Positions 12,548 through 24,015 of a DNA stretch of 64,000 bases are shown one piece after another. Both the position numbers and the translations under genes were made by a program. The stretch lies in contig OZ024741.1 in the NCBI GenBank assembly GCA_964016885.1, forward strand, positions 334,490,001 through 334,554,000. Direction: 5' to 3'. This DNA comes from Eledone cirrhosa (lineage: Eukaryota). How positions within the stretch are numbered: position 1 is the first letter of the stretch; each line of letters opens with the position of its first letter. The notes under the pieces were generated by a model. The model saw only the letters and a program-made list of their open reading frames with translations. It ran no database searches and was not told where the DNA came from.

Positions 12548-12996
12548 GTGGGGAGACCCAAGATGACTTGGGATGAGGTGATAAAAGCCGACCTTACCCA
12601 ACTACACCTCTCAAAGTCAATGACACACGACCGTGACTTCTGGCGTCACGCAGTAATACAGGGTACCCGCCCTCCCATGGGTACATGCTGAAGCATATAA
12701 ACAATATGCCCCCCCCCCCACCCCCACCCCCCACCGCAAGGTGGTCGTGGAGGTGCCACGGCAAAAAAGCACCCAGCCCACACTGTAAAGTGGACGTGTA
12801 GGCGCCACGAAAAAGCACCCAGCACTCACTGTAAATGAGGTTGGTGTTAGGAAGGGCATCCAGCTGTAGAAATCAAGCCAGATCAGTTCCTGTATGAGCA
12901 AGGCATGGTCAGCCGACCAGATACTGCCCACAACAGGACAACCCGTCTAACCCGTGCTAGCATGGAAGAACGGACGTAAAACGGTGATGATGATGA
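12548..12996 (+). mobile_element. RTE subfamily A 3' fragment
   Basis: Encodes [16 protein letters not shown]...PPMGTC, identical to the end of the 1755 ORF, plus 3' UTR and gatgatgat tail. Confidence 0.92.
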
Positions 12997-13516
12997 TATA
13001 TACATATATATATACATATATATATACATATATATATACATATATATATATACATATATATACATATATATATATACATATATATATATACATATATATA
13101 TACATATATATATACATATATATGTATATATATATATACATATATATATGTATATATATATATGTATATATATATATACATATATATATGTAAAACGGTG
13201 ATGATGATGATATATACATATATATATACATATATATATACATATATATATACATATATATATATACATATATATACATATATATATATACATATATATA
13301 CATATATATATATACATATATATATATACATATATATATACATATATATATACATATATATGTATATATATATATATATCTATATATATATATATATATG
13401 TATTTATATATATATGTATATATATATATATGTATATATATATACATATATATATGTATATATATATATGTATATATATATATACATATATATATGTATA
13501 TATATATATACATATA

Positions 13517-14158
13517 TGAAGGAAAAAATTAGAGATAAGAGGGATCAGATGTTGTTTACTCGAGAGAAGGCTACGTTGGTATGGTCACGTGATGTGCATG
13601 AAAGACGATAGCTGTATAACAAAGTGCAGGGCAATAAAGATAGACGGTAGTCACGGAATAGGCAGACCTAGAAAAACCTGGGACGAGCTGATAAACTCCG
13701 ACCTCACACACTTACACATTTCCAAGACAATGTCACTGGACCGAGACCTTTGGCGGTACTCAGTAACAGAGAAGACCCGCCTTGCCAGTAGGCATCTCTA
13801 ACAAAATACACCCCGTCCCGCCACCACCCCCACCCCATCCACACCACCCCGTTCTATGTAAAGTTATGTTGGTGCCGCGCCATCCAGGCCGAAACAAATG
13901 AGATCGTGTAGGTGTCACGACAAAAAAACACACAGTCCACGCTGTAATGTGGCCGTGTAGGCAACACGGTAAAAACCTCCCAGACCCACACTGTAAATGT
14001 GGTTGGTGTTAGGAAGGGCATCCAACTGTAGAAAACCTGCCAGACAGTCCTATGCGAGCAAGACAATCACTCTTGCCTCAAGTGGGACTACCCCCGTCCA
14101 AACCCATGCAAGCGTGGAACACGGACGTTAAACGTTGATGATGATGATGATGATGATG
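13517..14158 (+). mobile_element. RTE subfamily B 3' fragment
   Basis: [16 protein letters not shown]...GRPRKTWDEL plus 3' UTR matching 32298-32960 and a (GAT)n tail. Confidence 0.9.
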
Positions 14159-14215
14159 TATATATATATAGGTATATATATATATGTATTTATATATATA
14201 TATATATATATATGT

Positions 14216-14296
14216 CATCATCATCATCATCATCAACGTTTAACGTCCGTGTTCCACGCTTGCATGGGTTTGGACGGGGATAGTCCCACTTGAGGC
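14216..14296 (-). mobile_element. Short RTE subfamily B tail fragment, tail-to-tail with the previous copy
   Basis: Reverse complement of 14075-14158, separated from it by a TA tract. Confidence 0.85.
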
Positions 14297-14328
14297 TGTA
14301 TATATATATATGTATTTATATATATATT

Positions 14329-14361
<33 letters not shown>

Positions 14362-14590
14362 TTATATATATATGTATATATATATATATATTTATATATA
14401 TATGTATATATATATATATTTATACATATATATATATTTATATATATATATATATATATATTTACACATATATATATATCTATATATATATATATTTATA
14501 TATATATATATATATTTATATCTATCTATATATATATATTTATATATATCTATATCTCTATATATATATATATAAATATCTATATATATA

Positions 14591-14681
<91 letters not shown>

Positions 14682-14710
14682 ATTTATATATATCTATATA
14701 TATATATATT

Positions 14711-14744
<34 letters not shown>

Positions 14745-14754
14745 TATATATATC

Positions 14755-14785
<31 letters not shown>

Positions 14786-14814
14786 CTATATATATATATT
14801 TATATATATATATT

Positions 14815-14851
<37 letters not shown>

Positions 14852-14870
14852 ATTTATATATATATATATT

Positions 14871-14903
<33 letters not shown>

Positions 14904-14906
14904 ATT

Positions 14907-14937
<31 letters not shown>

Positions 14938-14938
14938 T

Positions 14939-14989
<51 letters not shown>

Positions 14990-15148
14990 TTATATATATA
15001 TATATATTTATATATATATTGAAAGTTATATTTAAATTGTTGTGTTACAACTAGTAAATATTTATAACTGATATAAAAGCACTCGACAAATATTTGGAGT
15101 ATATTTACAATATTAAATAAATGGAAACTATATTTATAAAACCATATT

Positions 15149-15214
15149 TATTTCATTATATATATTTCAGGGATAACATATTAACAATATGCTATGCCTT
15201 CCTCAGACAAAATA
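15149..15214 (-). ncRNA. Minimal type I hammerhead ribozyme in the PLE 3' pLTR
   Basis: Minus strand: uauuuugu-CUGAGGA-aggcauagcauauu guu aauauguuaucccu-GAAA-uauaua-UA-augaaaua. Confidence 0.8.
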
Positions 15215-16698
15215 CAATATAAAAAGTATTATAGATAAATAGATTCGACATACCGTAACAACATCTACTTGCATTTGAGAAGGTTGATTTGGTTGTGACA
15301 AAATTGTACACAGAGAGAAAGAAAGAGAGAGAGAAAGAGATAAAAAAAAGAGAGAGAGAAAGAGAGAAAAAAAAGAGAGAAAAAAGGAAAGAAAGACAGA
15401 AAACGAAGAAAAAGAAAAAGAAAAAGAAAAAAGAAAAAGAAGAAATGCATGGAACAAAATAGAGAGATGGAAAGATAGATAAAGAGAAGAACTTCATGTA
15501 AAGAAACAGAAAGATATATATATATATAGAGAGAGAGAGAGGAAATAGAGATAGATACATATATAGAAAGCTAGGTAGTGGGACAACTGTTGAATAACGT
15601 ATCAATGATACATTTATTTATTTATTTATTTATTTAGCGCTAGTATTAATGTAAGGGAGATATATGGAGGGAAAACCAGCTGTTATATAGGAAGAGAAAA
15701 ATATAGAGAGAGAAAAAAATAGAGAGAGAGAGAAAATTCAAAAATATCCAGACACAAGCGAGGCGTACAACCTCTGTTTTAATGTAGAGGTCTTAGTATT
15801 TACAAAACCAGCCTCTGCATTGTAAATATCAGTATTCCTGAATGAGATATGTATCCACAATGTGTGAAAATTAATGATCTTATGTTTAGTTTTTTAAAAA
15901 AAATTCATATGTTTATGTGATAATTACAAACATCTATGTGAATGTACATGATCAATTCTGCAAACCCTAAGTTCACGGAAAGTATTCTCAATGCGGTATA
16001 AAAATTTAAGTATACATATATGTGTATATAGAGTCAATATTACTATTTCTGTCTCCACTCTACAAGATTATCTATCAAGCAAAGATAGAGCAGATTTCAA
16101 TATACTAATAAAAATAAAAATAAAAATATAAATAAAAATATATCGGAAACAAATCTAAACTAAAAATAACAATAATAATAATAAGTAATAATAAAATAGA
16201 AAACTAAGAAATATTACGAAAAAATATTACATATTAAAAATATTACATATTAAAAACATTACATATTAAAAAATTTACATATTAAAAATATTAAAAATAA
16301 AAATAAAAATAAAAATTAGGAAATACTACAGTAATAAAAATAAAATAAACCACAAAGATCAACCCTTCAAAATTAATTGACAATATATTGCCAAGTTCAT
16401 TATAACCATCAGAGTCGAAAAACAGATAAAGCCAAAAAATTATCTATCAAATCGCATCTAGCAAAGATCATTTCAAAAAGTATAGGATGCCCAATTTGGT
16501 CTACATGTGTTCTTATATTTAATATAGAAGTTTATCTAGTGTAACGTTTATTCGAAATATTTGGAGCATCAGCTTTTAGGATAGCTTAATTTTTCATGAA
16601 GAATGTTTAAATAAATAAAATAAAAATAAAAAGAGTAAAAAGAGAATCAAAGATTTATCGGCTAGTTTCCCATATAATTATAAATCAAACTAAATATA

Positions 16699-18177
16699 CT
16701 ACATTTTAAATTTAAATTTATATTTAAACGTTGAGTTTAATCTATGTTTGCAACAACTGAATAAATTTGTCCGTAGATTAAGGGAATTTTTAGATTTTAG
16801 TATAAAGAATATCTCCTCTGCGCAGAGGTCACATGTCTCAGAGGATGAATTAAAAGGAATCCCTCTTGAGACTATATTCCAAGCCGTCGAATATCTAACG
16901 TTATCTAGCTTAAGTTGCCATAGTACGCCTGAAAGTGCCGTTGAAGATTTTTTACTTGGATCTGTGAAAGAATTCTTGTGGTTTTTATAGCGAAGTTTAA
17001 ATTCCGTCGATGTGGAACCGACGTAGTTAAAAGAATTAGAGTCAGTATTAACATTACAATTGTATACTATATTTTTAACTAAGCAGTTGTTATTTAACGG
17101 ACATTTAGATCTATCTCTACAGTTACATTTGTTAACTTGTATATTATTTATGCTGTTATCACTAGGTTTTAAGTTCCTATTATTTATTCTATTGATATTT
17201 TGTGCTAAATTTTTGGTGGATGAGTAGGTTAATTTAATTGTATGTCTATTGAAAATTGAGTGATATCTATGTGTTCTAGGGAAGCGATTATCAAGAGCTT
17301 TAAAAAATAGTTTAGCGATGTGGGTTTTAATGTTTAGTGAGAAAGGGGGGGCAAACCAAATTATGTTCCTAGTTCTATTTCTTTTTTGGCCTTTGGAATT
17401 ATTGTAATGCTTTCTATTATAGTTGTTAAGGATGTTGCCGTAATTAAAAAAGTTGTTACTTTGTTTAGTTTGTCTATCATTATCTATGTACACAATCTTA
17501 TCAGCATATCCTGCTCTAGCTAATGCTTCATTGTAGTATTGGGCTTTTTCGTCGAAAATCTTTCTATTCGACGAGATCCTAGAGATACGTTTTTGGACAG
17601 AGTTTACTATAGTGTTTTTGACAGATCTGGGGTGGTTAGAGTTAAAGTTTACATAGTTTAAGTTTTCATTCAACTTGTGAAAAGGATAGTGAAGACATGT
17701 GTTGAGATTTAATGTTATATCTAGGAAATTGACTATTCTATGGTTGTTTTCAATTTCTATTTTAAGATTAAAGTAATTAAAAAATTGTGTAATTTGTTTA
17801 CATTTTCTATTTAGTTCAGAGTTATTATTATCAATAAGTAAAAGCATGTCGTCTCTATATAAACCTCCGGTAGTACCGGGTATTTTCCTATGTAGCGAAT
17901 TGATTAAAAATAAACCCACAAGGTCAGTTACCTGGGCTGAGTCGAATGATCCCATAGTAATGTCAAAATTACTATCTCTATCTGCTCTGGTCCATAGTTG
18001 GTCATTAAATTCTATCAAAGTTTTCCTAGCCGATAATATAATATGCATTTCATTGCTAGTTAGGTCAGTATGTTTGAATGCGTAATTTAGTGCCTTATTT
18101 AGTAGATTAGGGGTAATAGAAGAATAATAGTTAGCTATATCAAGTTGAATAAACTTATTATTATTGTTATATTTAAT
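16699..18177 (-). CDS. PLE RT (from motif A) plus GIY-YIG endonuclease, N-terminally truncated but uninterrupted
   Basis: The open frame extends upstream of the annotated ORF to IKYNNNNKFIQLDIANYYSSITP. Motifs: FDITMGSFDSAQ, GLYRDD, FLDI, IIWFAPP, CNC...CPL...C, IVY...YVGST, CDLCAEE and CKH. Confidence 0.9.
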   Translation of the reverse strand: MKYNNNNKFIQLDIANYYSSITPNLLNKALNYAFKHTDLTSNEMHIILSARKTLIEFNDQLWTRADRDSNFDITMGSFDSAQVTDLVGLFLINSLHRKIPGTTGGLYRDDMLLLIDNNNSELNRKCKQITQFFNYFNLKIEIENNHRIVNFLDITLNLNTCLHYPFHKLNENLNYVNFNSNHPRSVKNTIVNSVQKRISRISSNRKIFDEKAQYYNEALARAGYADKIVYIDNDRQTKQSNNFFNYGNILNNYNRKHYNNSKGQKRNRTRNIIWFAPPFSLNIKTHIAKLFFKALDNRFPRTHRYHSIFNRHTIKLTYSSTKNLAQNINRINNRNLKPSDNSINNIQVNKCNCRDRSKCPLNNNCLVKNIVYNCNVNTDSNSFNYVGSTSTEFKLRYKNHKNSFTDPSKKSSTALSGVLWQLKLDNVRYSTAWNIVSRGIPFNSSSETCDLCAEEIFFILKSKNSLNLRTNLFSCCKHRLNSTFKYKFKFKM

Positions 18178-18201
18178 TTATTATATTTGTTATATTTAAT
18201 T

Positions 18202-19629
18202 TATTCTTCTATTACCCCTAATCTACTAAATAAGGCACTAAATTACGCATTCAAACATACTGACCTAACTAGCAATGAAATGCATATTATATTATCGGCT
18301 AGGAAAACTTTGATAGAATTTAATGACCAACTATGGACCAGAGCAGATAGAGATAGCAATTTTGACATTACTATGGGATCATCCGACTCAGCCCAGGTAA
18401 CTGACCTTGTGGGTTTATTTTTAATCAATTCGCTACATAGGAAAATACCCGGTACTACCGGAGGTTTATATAGAGACGACATGCTTTTACTTATTGATAA
18501 TAATAACTCTGAACTAAATAGAAAATGTAAACAAATTACACAATTTTTTAATTACTTTAATCTTAAAATAGAAATTGAAAACAACCATAGAATAGTCAAT
18601 TTCCTAGATATAACATTAAATCTCAACACATGTCTTCACTATCCTTTTCACAAGTTGAATGAAAACTTAAACTATGTAAACTTTAACTCTAACCACCCCA
18701 GATCTGTCAAAAACACTATAGTAAACTCTGTCCAAAAACGTATCTCTAGGATCTCGTCGAATAGAAAGATTTTCGACGAAAAAGCCCAATACTACAATGA
18801 AGCATTAGCTAGAGCAGGATATGCTGATAAGATTGTGTACATAGATAATGATAGACAAACTAAACAAAGTAACAACTTTTTTAATTACGGCAACATCCTT
18901 AACAACTATAATAGAAAGCATTACAATAATTCCAAAGGCCAAAAAAGAAATAGAACTAGGAACATAATTTGGTTTGCCCCCCCTTTCTCACTAAACATTA
19001 AAACCCACATCGCTAAACTATTTTTTAAAGCTCTTGATAATCGCTTCCCTAGAACACATAGATATCACTCAATTTTCAATAGACATACAATTAAATTAAC
19101 CTACTCATCCACCAAAAATTTAGCACAAAATATCAATAGAATAAATAATAGGAACTTAAAACCTAGTGATAACAGCATAAATAATATACAAGTTAACAAA
19201 TGTAACTGTAGAGATAGATCTAAATGTCCGTTAAATAACAACTGCTTAGTTAAAAATATAGTATACAATTGTAATGTTAATACTGACTCTAATTCTTTTA
19301 ACTACGTCGGTTCCACATCGACGGAATTTAAACTTCGCTATAAAAACCACAAGAATTCTTTCACAGATCCAAGTAAAAAATCTTCAACGGCACTTTCAGG
19401 CGTACTATGGCAACTTAAGCTAGATAACGTTAGATATTCGACGGCTTGGAATATAGTCTCAAGAGGGATTCCTTTTAATTCATCCTCTGAGACATGTGAC
19501 CTCTGCGCAGAGGAGATATTCTTTATACTAAAATCTAAAAATTCCCTTAATCTACGGACAAATTTATTCAGTTGTTGCAAACATAGATTAAACTCAACGT
19601 TTAAATATAAATTTAAATTTAAAATGTAG
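18202..19629 (+). CDS. PLE RT/GIY-YIG, mirror copy (MGSSDSAQ variant)
   Basis: Part of ORF 18145..19629, whose first ~19 residues come from the antisense left arm and spacer. Over the shared 449 aa it matches the left arm except F>S at nt 18383. Confidence 0.88.
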   Translation, partial: YSSITPNLLNKALNYAFKHTDLTSNEMHIILSARKTLIEFNDQLWTRADRDSNFDITMGSSDSAQVTDLVGLFLINSLHRKIPGTTGGLYRDDMLLLIDNNNSELNRKCKQITQFFNYFNLKIEIENNHRIVNFLDITLNLNTCLHYPFHKLNENLNYVNFNSNHPRSVKNTIVNSVQKRISRISSNRKIFDEKAQYYNEALARAGYADKIVYIDNDRQTKQSNNFFNYGNILNNYNRKHYNNSKGQKRNRTRNIIWFAPPFSLNIKTHIAKLFFKALDNRFPRTHRYHSIFNRHTIKLTYSSTKNLAQNINRINNRNLKPSDNSINNIQVNKCNCRDRSKCPLNNNCLVKNIVYNCNVNTDSNSFNYVGSTSTEFKLRYKNHKNSFTDPSKKSSTALSGVLWQLKLDNVRYSTAWNIVSRGIPFNSSSETCDLCAEEIFFILKSKNSLNLRTNLFSCCKHRLNSTFKYKFKFKM

Positions 19630-21125
19630 TATATTTAGTTTGATTTATAATTATATGGGAAACTAGCCGATAAATCTTTGATTCTCTTTTTACTCTTTTT
19701 ATTTTTATTTTATTTATTTAAACATTCTTCATGAAAAATTAAGCTATCCTAAAAGCTGATGCTCCAAATATTTCGAATAAACGTTACACTAGATAAACTT
19801 CTATATTAAATATAAGAACACATGTAGACCAAATTGGGCATCCTATACTTTTTGAAATGATCTTTGCTAGATGCGATTTGATAGATAATTTTTTGGCTTT
19901 ATCTGTTTTTCGACTCTGATGGTTATAATGAACTTGGCAATATATTGTCAATTAATTTTGAAGGGTTGATCTTTGTGGTTTATTTTATTTTTATTACTGT
20001 AGTATTTCCTAATTTTTATTTTTATTTTTATTTTTAATATTTTTAATATGTAAATTTTTTAATATGTAATGTTTTTAATATGTAATATTTTTAATATGTA
20101 ATATTTTTTCGTAATATTTCTTAGTTTTCAATTTTATTATTACTTATTATTATTATTATTGTTATTTTTAGTTTAGTTTTGTTTCCGATATATTTTTATT
20201 TATATTTTTATTTTTATTTTTATTAGTATATTGAAATCTGCTCTATCTTTGCTTGATAGATAATCTTGTAGAGTGGAGACAGAAATAGTAATATTGACTC
20301 TATATACACATATATGTATACTTAAATTTTTATACCGCATTGAGAATACTTTCCGTGAACCTAGGGTTTGCAGAATTGATCATGTACATTCACATAGATG
20401 TTTGTAATTATCACATAAACATATGAATTTTTTTTAAAAACTAAACATAAGATCATTAATTTTCACACATTGTGGATACATATCTCATTCAGGAATACTG
20501 ATATTTACAATGCAGAGGCTGGTTTTGTAAATACTAAGACCTCTACATTAAAACAGAGGTTGTACGCCTCGCCTGTGTCTGGATATTTTTGAATTTTCTC
20601 TCTCTCTTTTTTTTTCTCTCTCTATATTTTTTCTCTCCCTATATAACAGCTGGTTTTCCCTCCATATATCTCCCTTACATTAATACTAGCGCTAAATAAA
20701 TAAATAAATAAATAAATGTATCATTGATACGTTATTCAACAGTTGTCCCACTACCTAGCTTTCTATATATGTATCTATCTCTATTTCCTCTCTCTCTCTC
20801 TATATATATATATATATCTTTCTGTTTCTTTACATGAAGTTCTTCTCTTTATCTATCTTTCCATCTCTCTATTTTGTTCCATTCATTTCTTCTTTTTCTT
20901 TTTCTTTTTCTTTTTCTTTTTCTTCGTTTTCTGTCTTTCTTTCCTTTTTTCTCTCTTTTTTTTTTTTTTTTCCCCTCTTTCTCTCTCTCTTTTTTTTTCT
21001 CTCTTTCTCTCTCTCTTTCTTTCTCTCTGTGTACAATTTTGTCACAACCAAATCAACCTTCTCAAATGCAAGTAGATGTTGTTACGGTATGTCGAATCTA
21101 TTTATCTATAAAACTGTTTATATTG

Positions 21126-21180
21126 TATTTTGTCTGAGGAAGGCATAGCATATTGTTAATATGTTATCCCTGAAATATAG
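21126..21180 (+). ncRNA. Hammerhead remnant lacking stem III, cleavage site and 3' stem I
   Basis: CUGAGGA, stem II and GAAA are present. The 32 nt corresponding to 15129-15160 are deleted between aaatata microhomologies. Confidence 0.7.
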
Positions 21181-21225
21181 TTTCCATTTATTTAATATTG
21201 TATTTATATATATATATATTTATAT

Positions 21226-21341
21226 ATAGGAACCAGTAAGACCCCGACAGCTGAGCTCAAGCCGTTTCGACGGCTAATTCTGGACTAAAATTAGCCGTCG
21301 AAACGGATGAACTCAGCTGTCGGGGTCTTACTGGTTCCTAT
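21226..21341. repeat. GC-rich 116-bp hairpin in (TA)n; right side continues unpaired to ~21420
   Basis: ataggaaccagtaagaccccgacagctgag...cggctaatt / aattagccg...ctcagctgtcggggtcttactggttcctat. Confidence 0.9.
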
Positions 21342-21464
21342 TATCCACTCTACTACCTCATGTATTGAGTACTTTGGTGCGTTATGGTCCACCTGGTTCC
21401 TTACCACATTTCCTTCGTTATATTTATATATATATATATTTATATATTTATATATATATATATT

Positions 21465-21533
<69 letters not shown>

Positions 21534-21768
21534 GTATATTTATATATATATATTTATATATATTTATTAAAATAACAGATTAAAGTTTAAGCAAAGAATC
21601 GCTGCTTTCACCCTTAACGGGATCTTCTGATATATTTGATATATATTTATCCTTATCGAGCCCTCTTTGGATTTTAGTCTTCAAATTTATTATTATTACT
21701 ATTATTATTATTATTATTATTATTATTTTATTTATATATATATATTTATATATATATATTTATATATA

Positions 21769-21800
<32 letters not shown>

Positions 21801-23153
21801 GATATATATACAAATATATGTATATATATATATTTATATATATATATATACCTATATATATCTATAAATATGTATATATATATATATACATATGCATATA
21901 TATACATATATATATATATACATATGCATATATATACATATATATATATATATCCATATATATATATACATATATTTATATATATAGAGATATAGATATA
22001 TAGATATATACAAACATATATATGTGTATATACATATATATATATACATACACATATATGTGTGTATATACATGTATGTATGAGTATGTATAAATGTATA
22101 TATATGTTTATATATATATATATATACACACACACATACACTTAATATTCTGTCTTTGCAAAATACGCATGGTTGGTAAATTAAATTCTTACTTGAATTA
22201 TCACATTAAATATTTTTGCAGATTAATCTAATATTGAACAAAGAATACATGTTTATATTTTAAACTAGGTGTCGAGGCAGTCATAAAGAACACAAGGCTT
22301 TTACCATATTATCACTTTTGACTATATATATTTATATATATTCATATATTTATATACGTATATGTGTTCTTTGTTTGTCTGTGTCCACACTTAATTCAAA
22401 CTATAAACTATATTCAGCTTTGTATGAGAGGCACATATATATATATATGAAAACATCTCAACTGGAAAAGTTAATACAGCTTAAAGTAGTAGTAAAAATG
22501 TTACAAAATGTTTTCGTTTTTAAAACAGATTTAAATATGAATGTATGGACCCGTCTTTAACCCTTTCAGTACCAACGCATCTCAGGACAGTGTCTGGTTT
22601 TGAATAGAAAATTTCTCATTTTAAGCTGTTCATATTTAAATAAAGCCTTCTGATTATCATAATTTTATGTAAAGTTTTCCTAACACCAGCTTAATAATGA
22701 AAAACTTTAGTTGTTAATTAATTCACTTAAACCATCTAAATTCTAAATTATTTTACAAATTAATTAAAATAAATGTGCAGTATATTTTATAAACCTATGT
22801 TCCCAACACCAGCTTAATAATAAAAAAAACTTTAGTTGTTAGTTAATTCACTAAAACCCTCTAAATTCTAAATTATTTTACAAATTAATTAAAACACATG
22901 AGCCATGTTTTTGTTTTTTTTTTTAGCAATACAATCACAAAAGAGTTAAATATTCTCCTTTATTTACTAACAATGTGGGAATGGTGAAAAAAGTGGATAT
23001 AACGTTTTAGATGTAATAATAATTTTAGTAATAACACAAAATATAAAATGTTTTGTAATAATAGTACGACTGAAATTTAACTATAAGAAGAAAATATTAT
23101 GCATTTGGCATCTCACATTTCGCTTTTTTTAAATTCTTTTTTGTAATGGACAG

Positions 23154-23316
23154 ATGAGTGTTAAAAAGTCAGCTGGGATATCAGGCAGTCTGAAAGATAG
23201 GAAAACTGCAGTTAATTCCCCTTACCGCCCTAGCGAAATGTCTTCTGTATCTTGTGCTGATGGTAGACATGGCTGGAGTGAGGGAGGAGACACAGGATAC
23301 TATGAAGAACTTCCAG
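23154..23316 (+). CDS. Candidate host-gene coding exon (MSVKKSAG...GDTGYYEELP), product unknown
   Basis: Pyrimidine tract plus cag acceptor at 23151-23153, stop-free 163 nt with raised GC, strong CAG|gtatgt donor, non-repetitive sequence. Confidence 0.55.
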
Positions 23317-23629
23317 GTATGTAATGAGGGAAAAAATGAGATGCTAGAAAAAGTATGCATTAATTTAACTAATTGCAAATGATATTTCTAGGTAAATTAA
23401 TTAATTAAATTTCTGTCTCACATCTTAGATAAATTTGCTTAACACTATAGTATAAAATAACATCAATATTTAATGCTGTTCTTATAACATATTCCATAAA
23501 CCACTTCTACAACTCTCATTAATAAACCTTCTTTTAGCTGTTGTCATCATCAATGCTGGATTTTGATTTTGATTTTTTGCTTGTTTTAATTTATTTTATT
23601 TATTTATTCTTTTTTAATTTTTTTTAATT

Positions 23630-24015
23630 TTTAACTGGCTTCAGTCATTAGACTGTGGCCATGCTGGGGCATAGCTGCCTTAGTGGGATTTTAGTCAATG
23701 GTATGAACCTCACCTCAGCACACGTTTTTTATTTTTTATTTTCAAGTCAAGTATTACTTATTTTATTGATCTCTTTTTGTTGAACCACTAAGTTATAGAA
23801 CATGAGCACAGATGTGCGTGCGCACACATGCACTCACTCACACACATGCATTACATATACGAATGGCTTCTGCATTTTCACTTTACCAAATTTCACTCAC
23901 AAGGCATTTGGTCAACCTGATGCTAAAGTAAAAGACACTTACCCAAAGTGCCACACAGTGGGACTGAGTCCAAAACCACATGGCTGCAAAGCAAGCTCCT
24001 TAACCACATAGCCCT
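23630..24015 (-). mobile_element. Octopus-type tRNA-derived SINE (third family), degenerate
   Basis: ttcagtcattagactgtggccatgctggggc tail, aagacacttacccaaagtgcca core and accacatagcc head. Fragments also lie at ~6085-6240 and 61880-61920. Confidence 0.6.

Larger units (their letters stand above)
15020..18177 (-). mobile_element. Penelope-like element (YRDD, GIY-YIG; probably Nematis-type), 5'-truncated; left arm of the 6.2-kb palindrome, with complete 3' end
   Basis: RT plus GIY-YIG ORF, ~1.7-kb 3' region with a hammerhead, and an end that abuts (TA)n. Confidence 0.92.
18201..21202 (+). mobile_element. Same PLE, right arm of the palindrome (shorter at both ends)
   Basis: Reverse complement of 15106-18127 with scattered substitutions. 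It lacks the motif A Asp and the last ~86 nt, and has a 32-nt deletion in the hammerhead. Confidence 0.92.

Noticed and set aside
14075-14296. Inverted repeat of RTE tails
   Set aside because: Tail-to-tail with a TA spacer; more simply two independent insertions, so not counted as a fold-back.
18145-18200. Signal-peptide-like N-terminus on the 494-aa ORF
   Set aside because: It derives from the antisense left arm and AT-rich spacer of the palindrome, with a TTG start.
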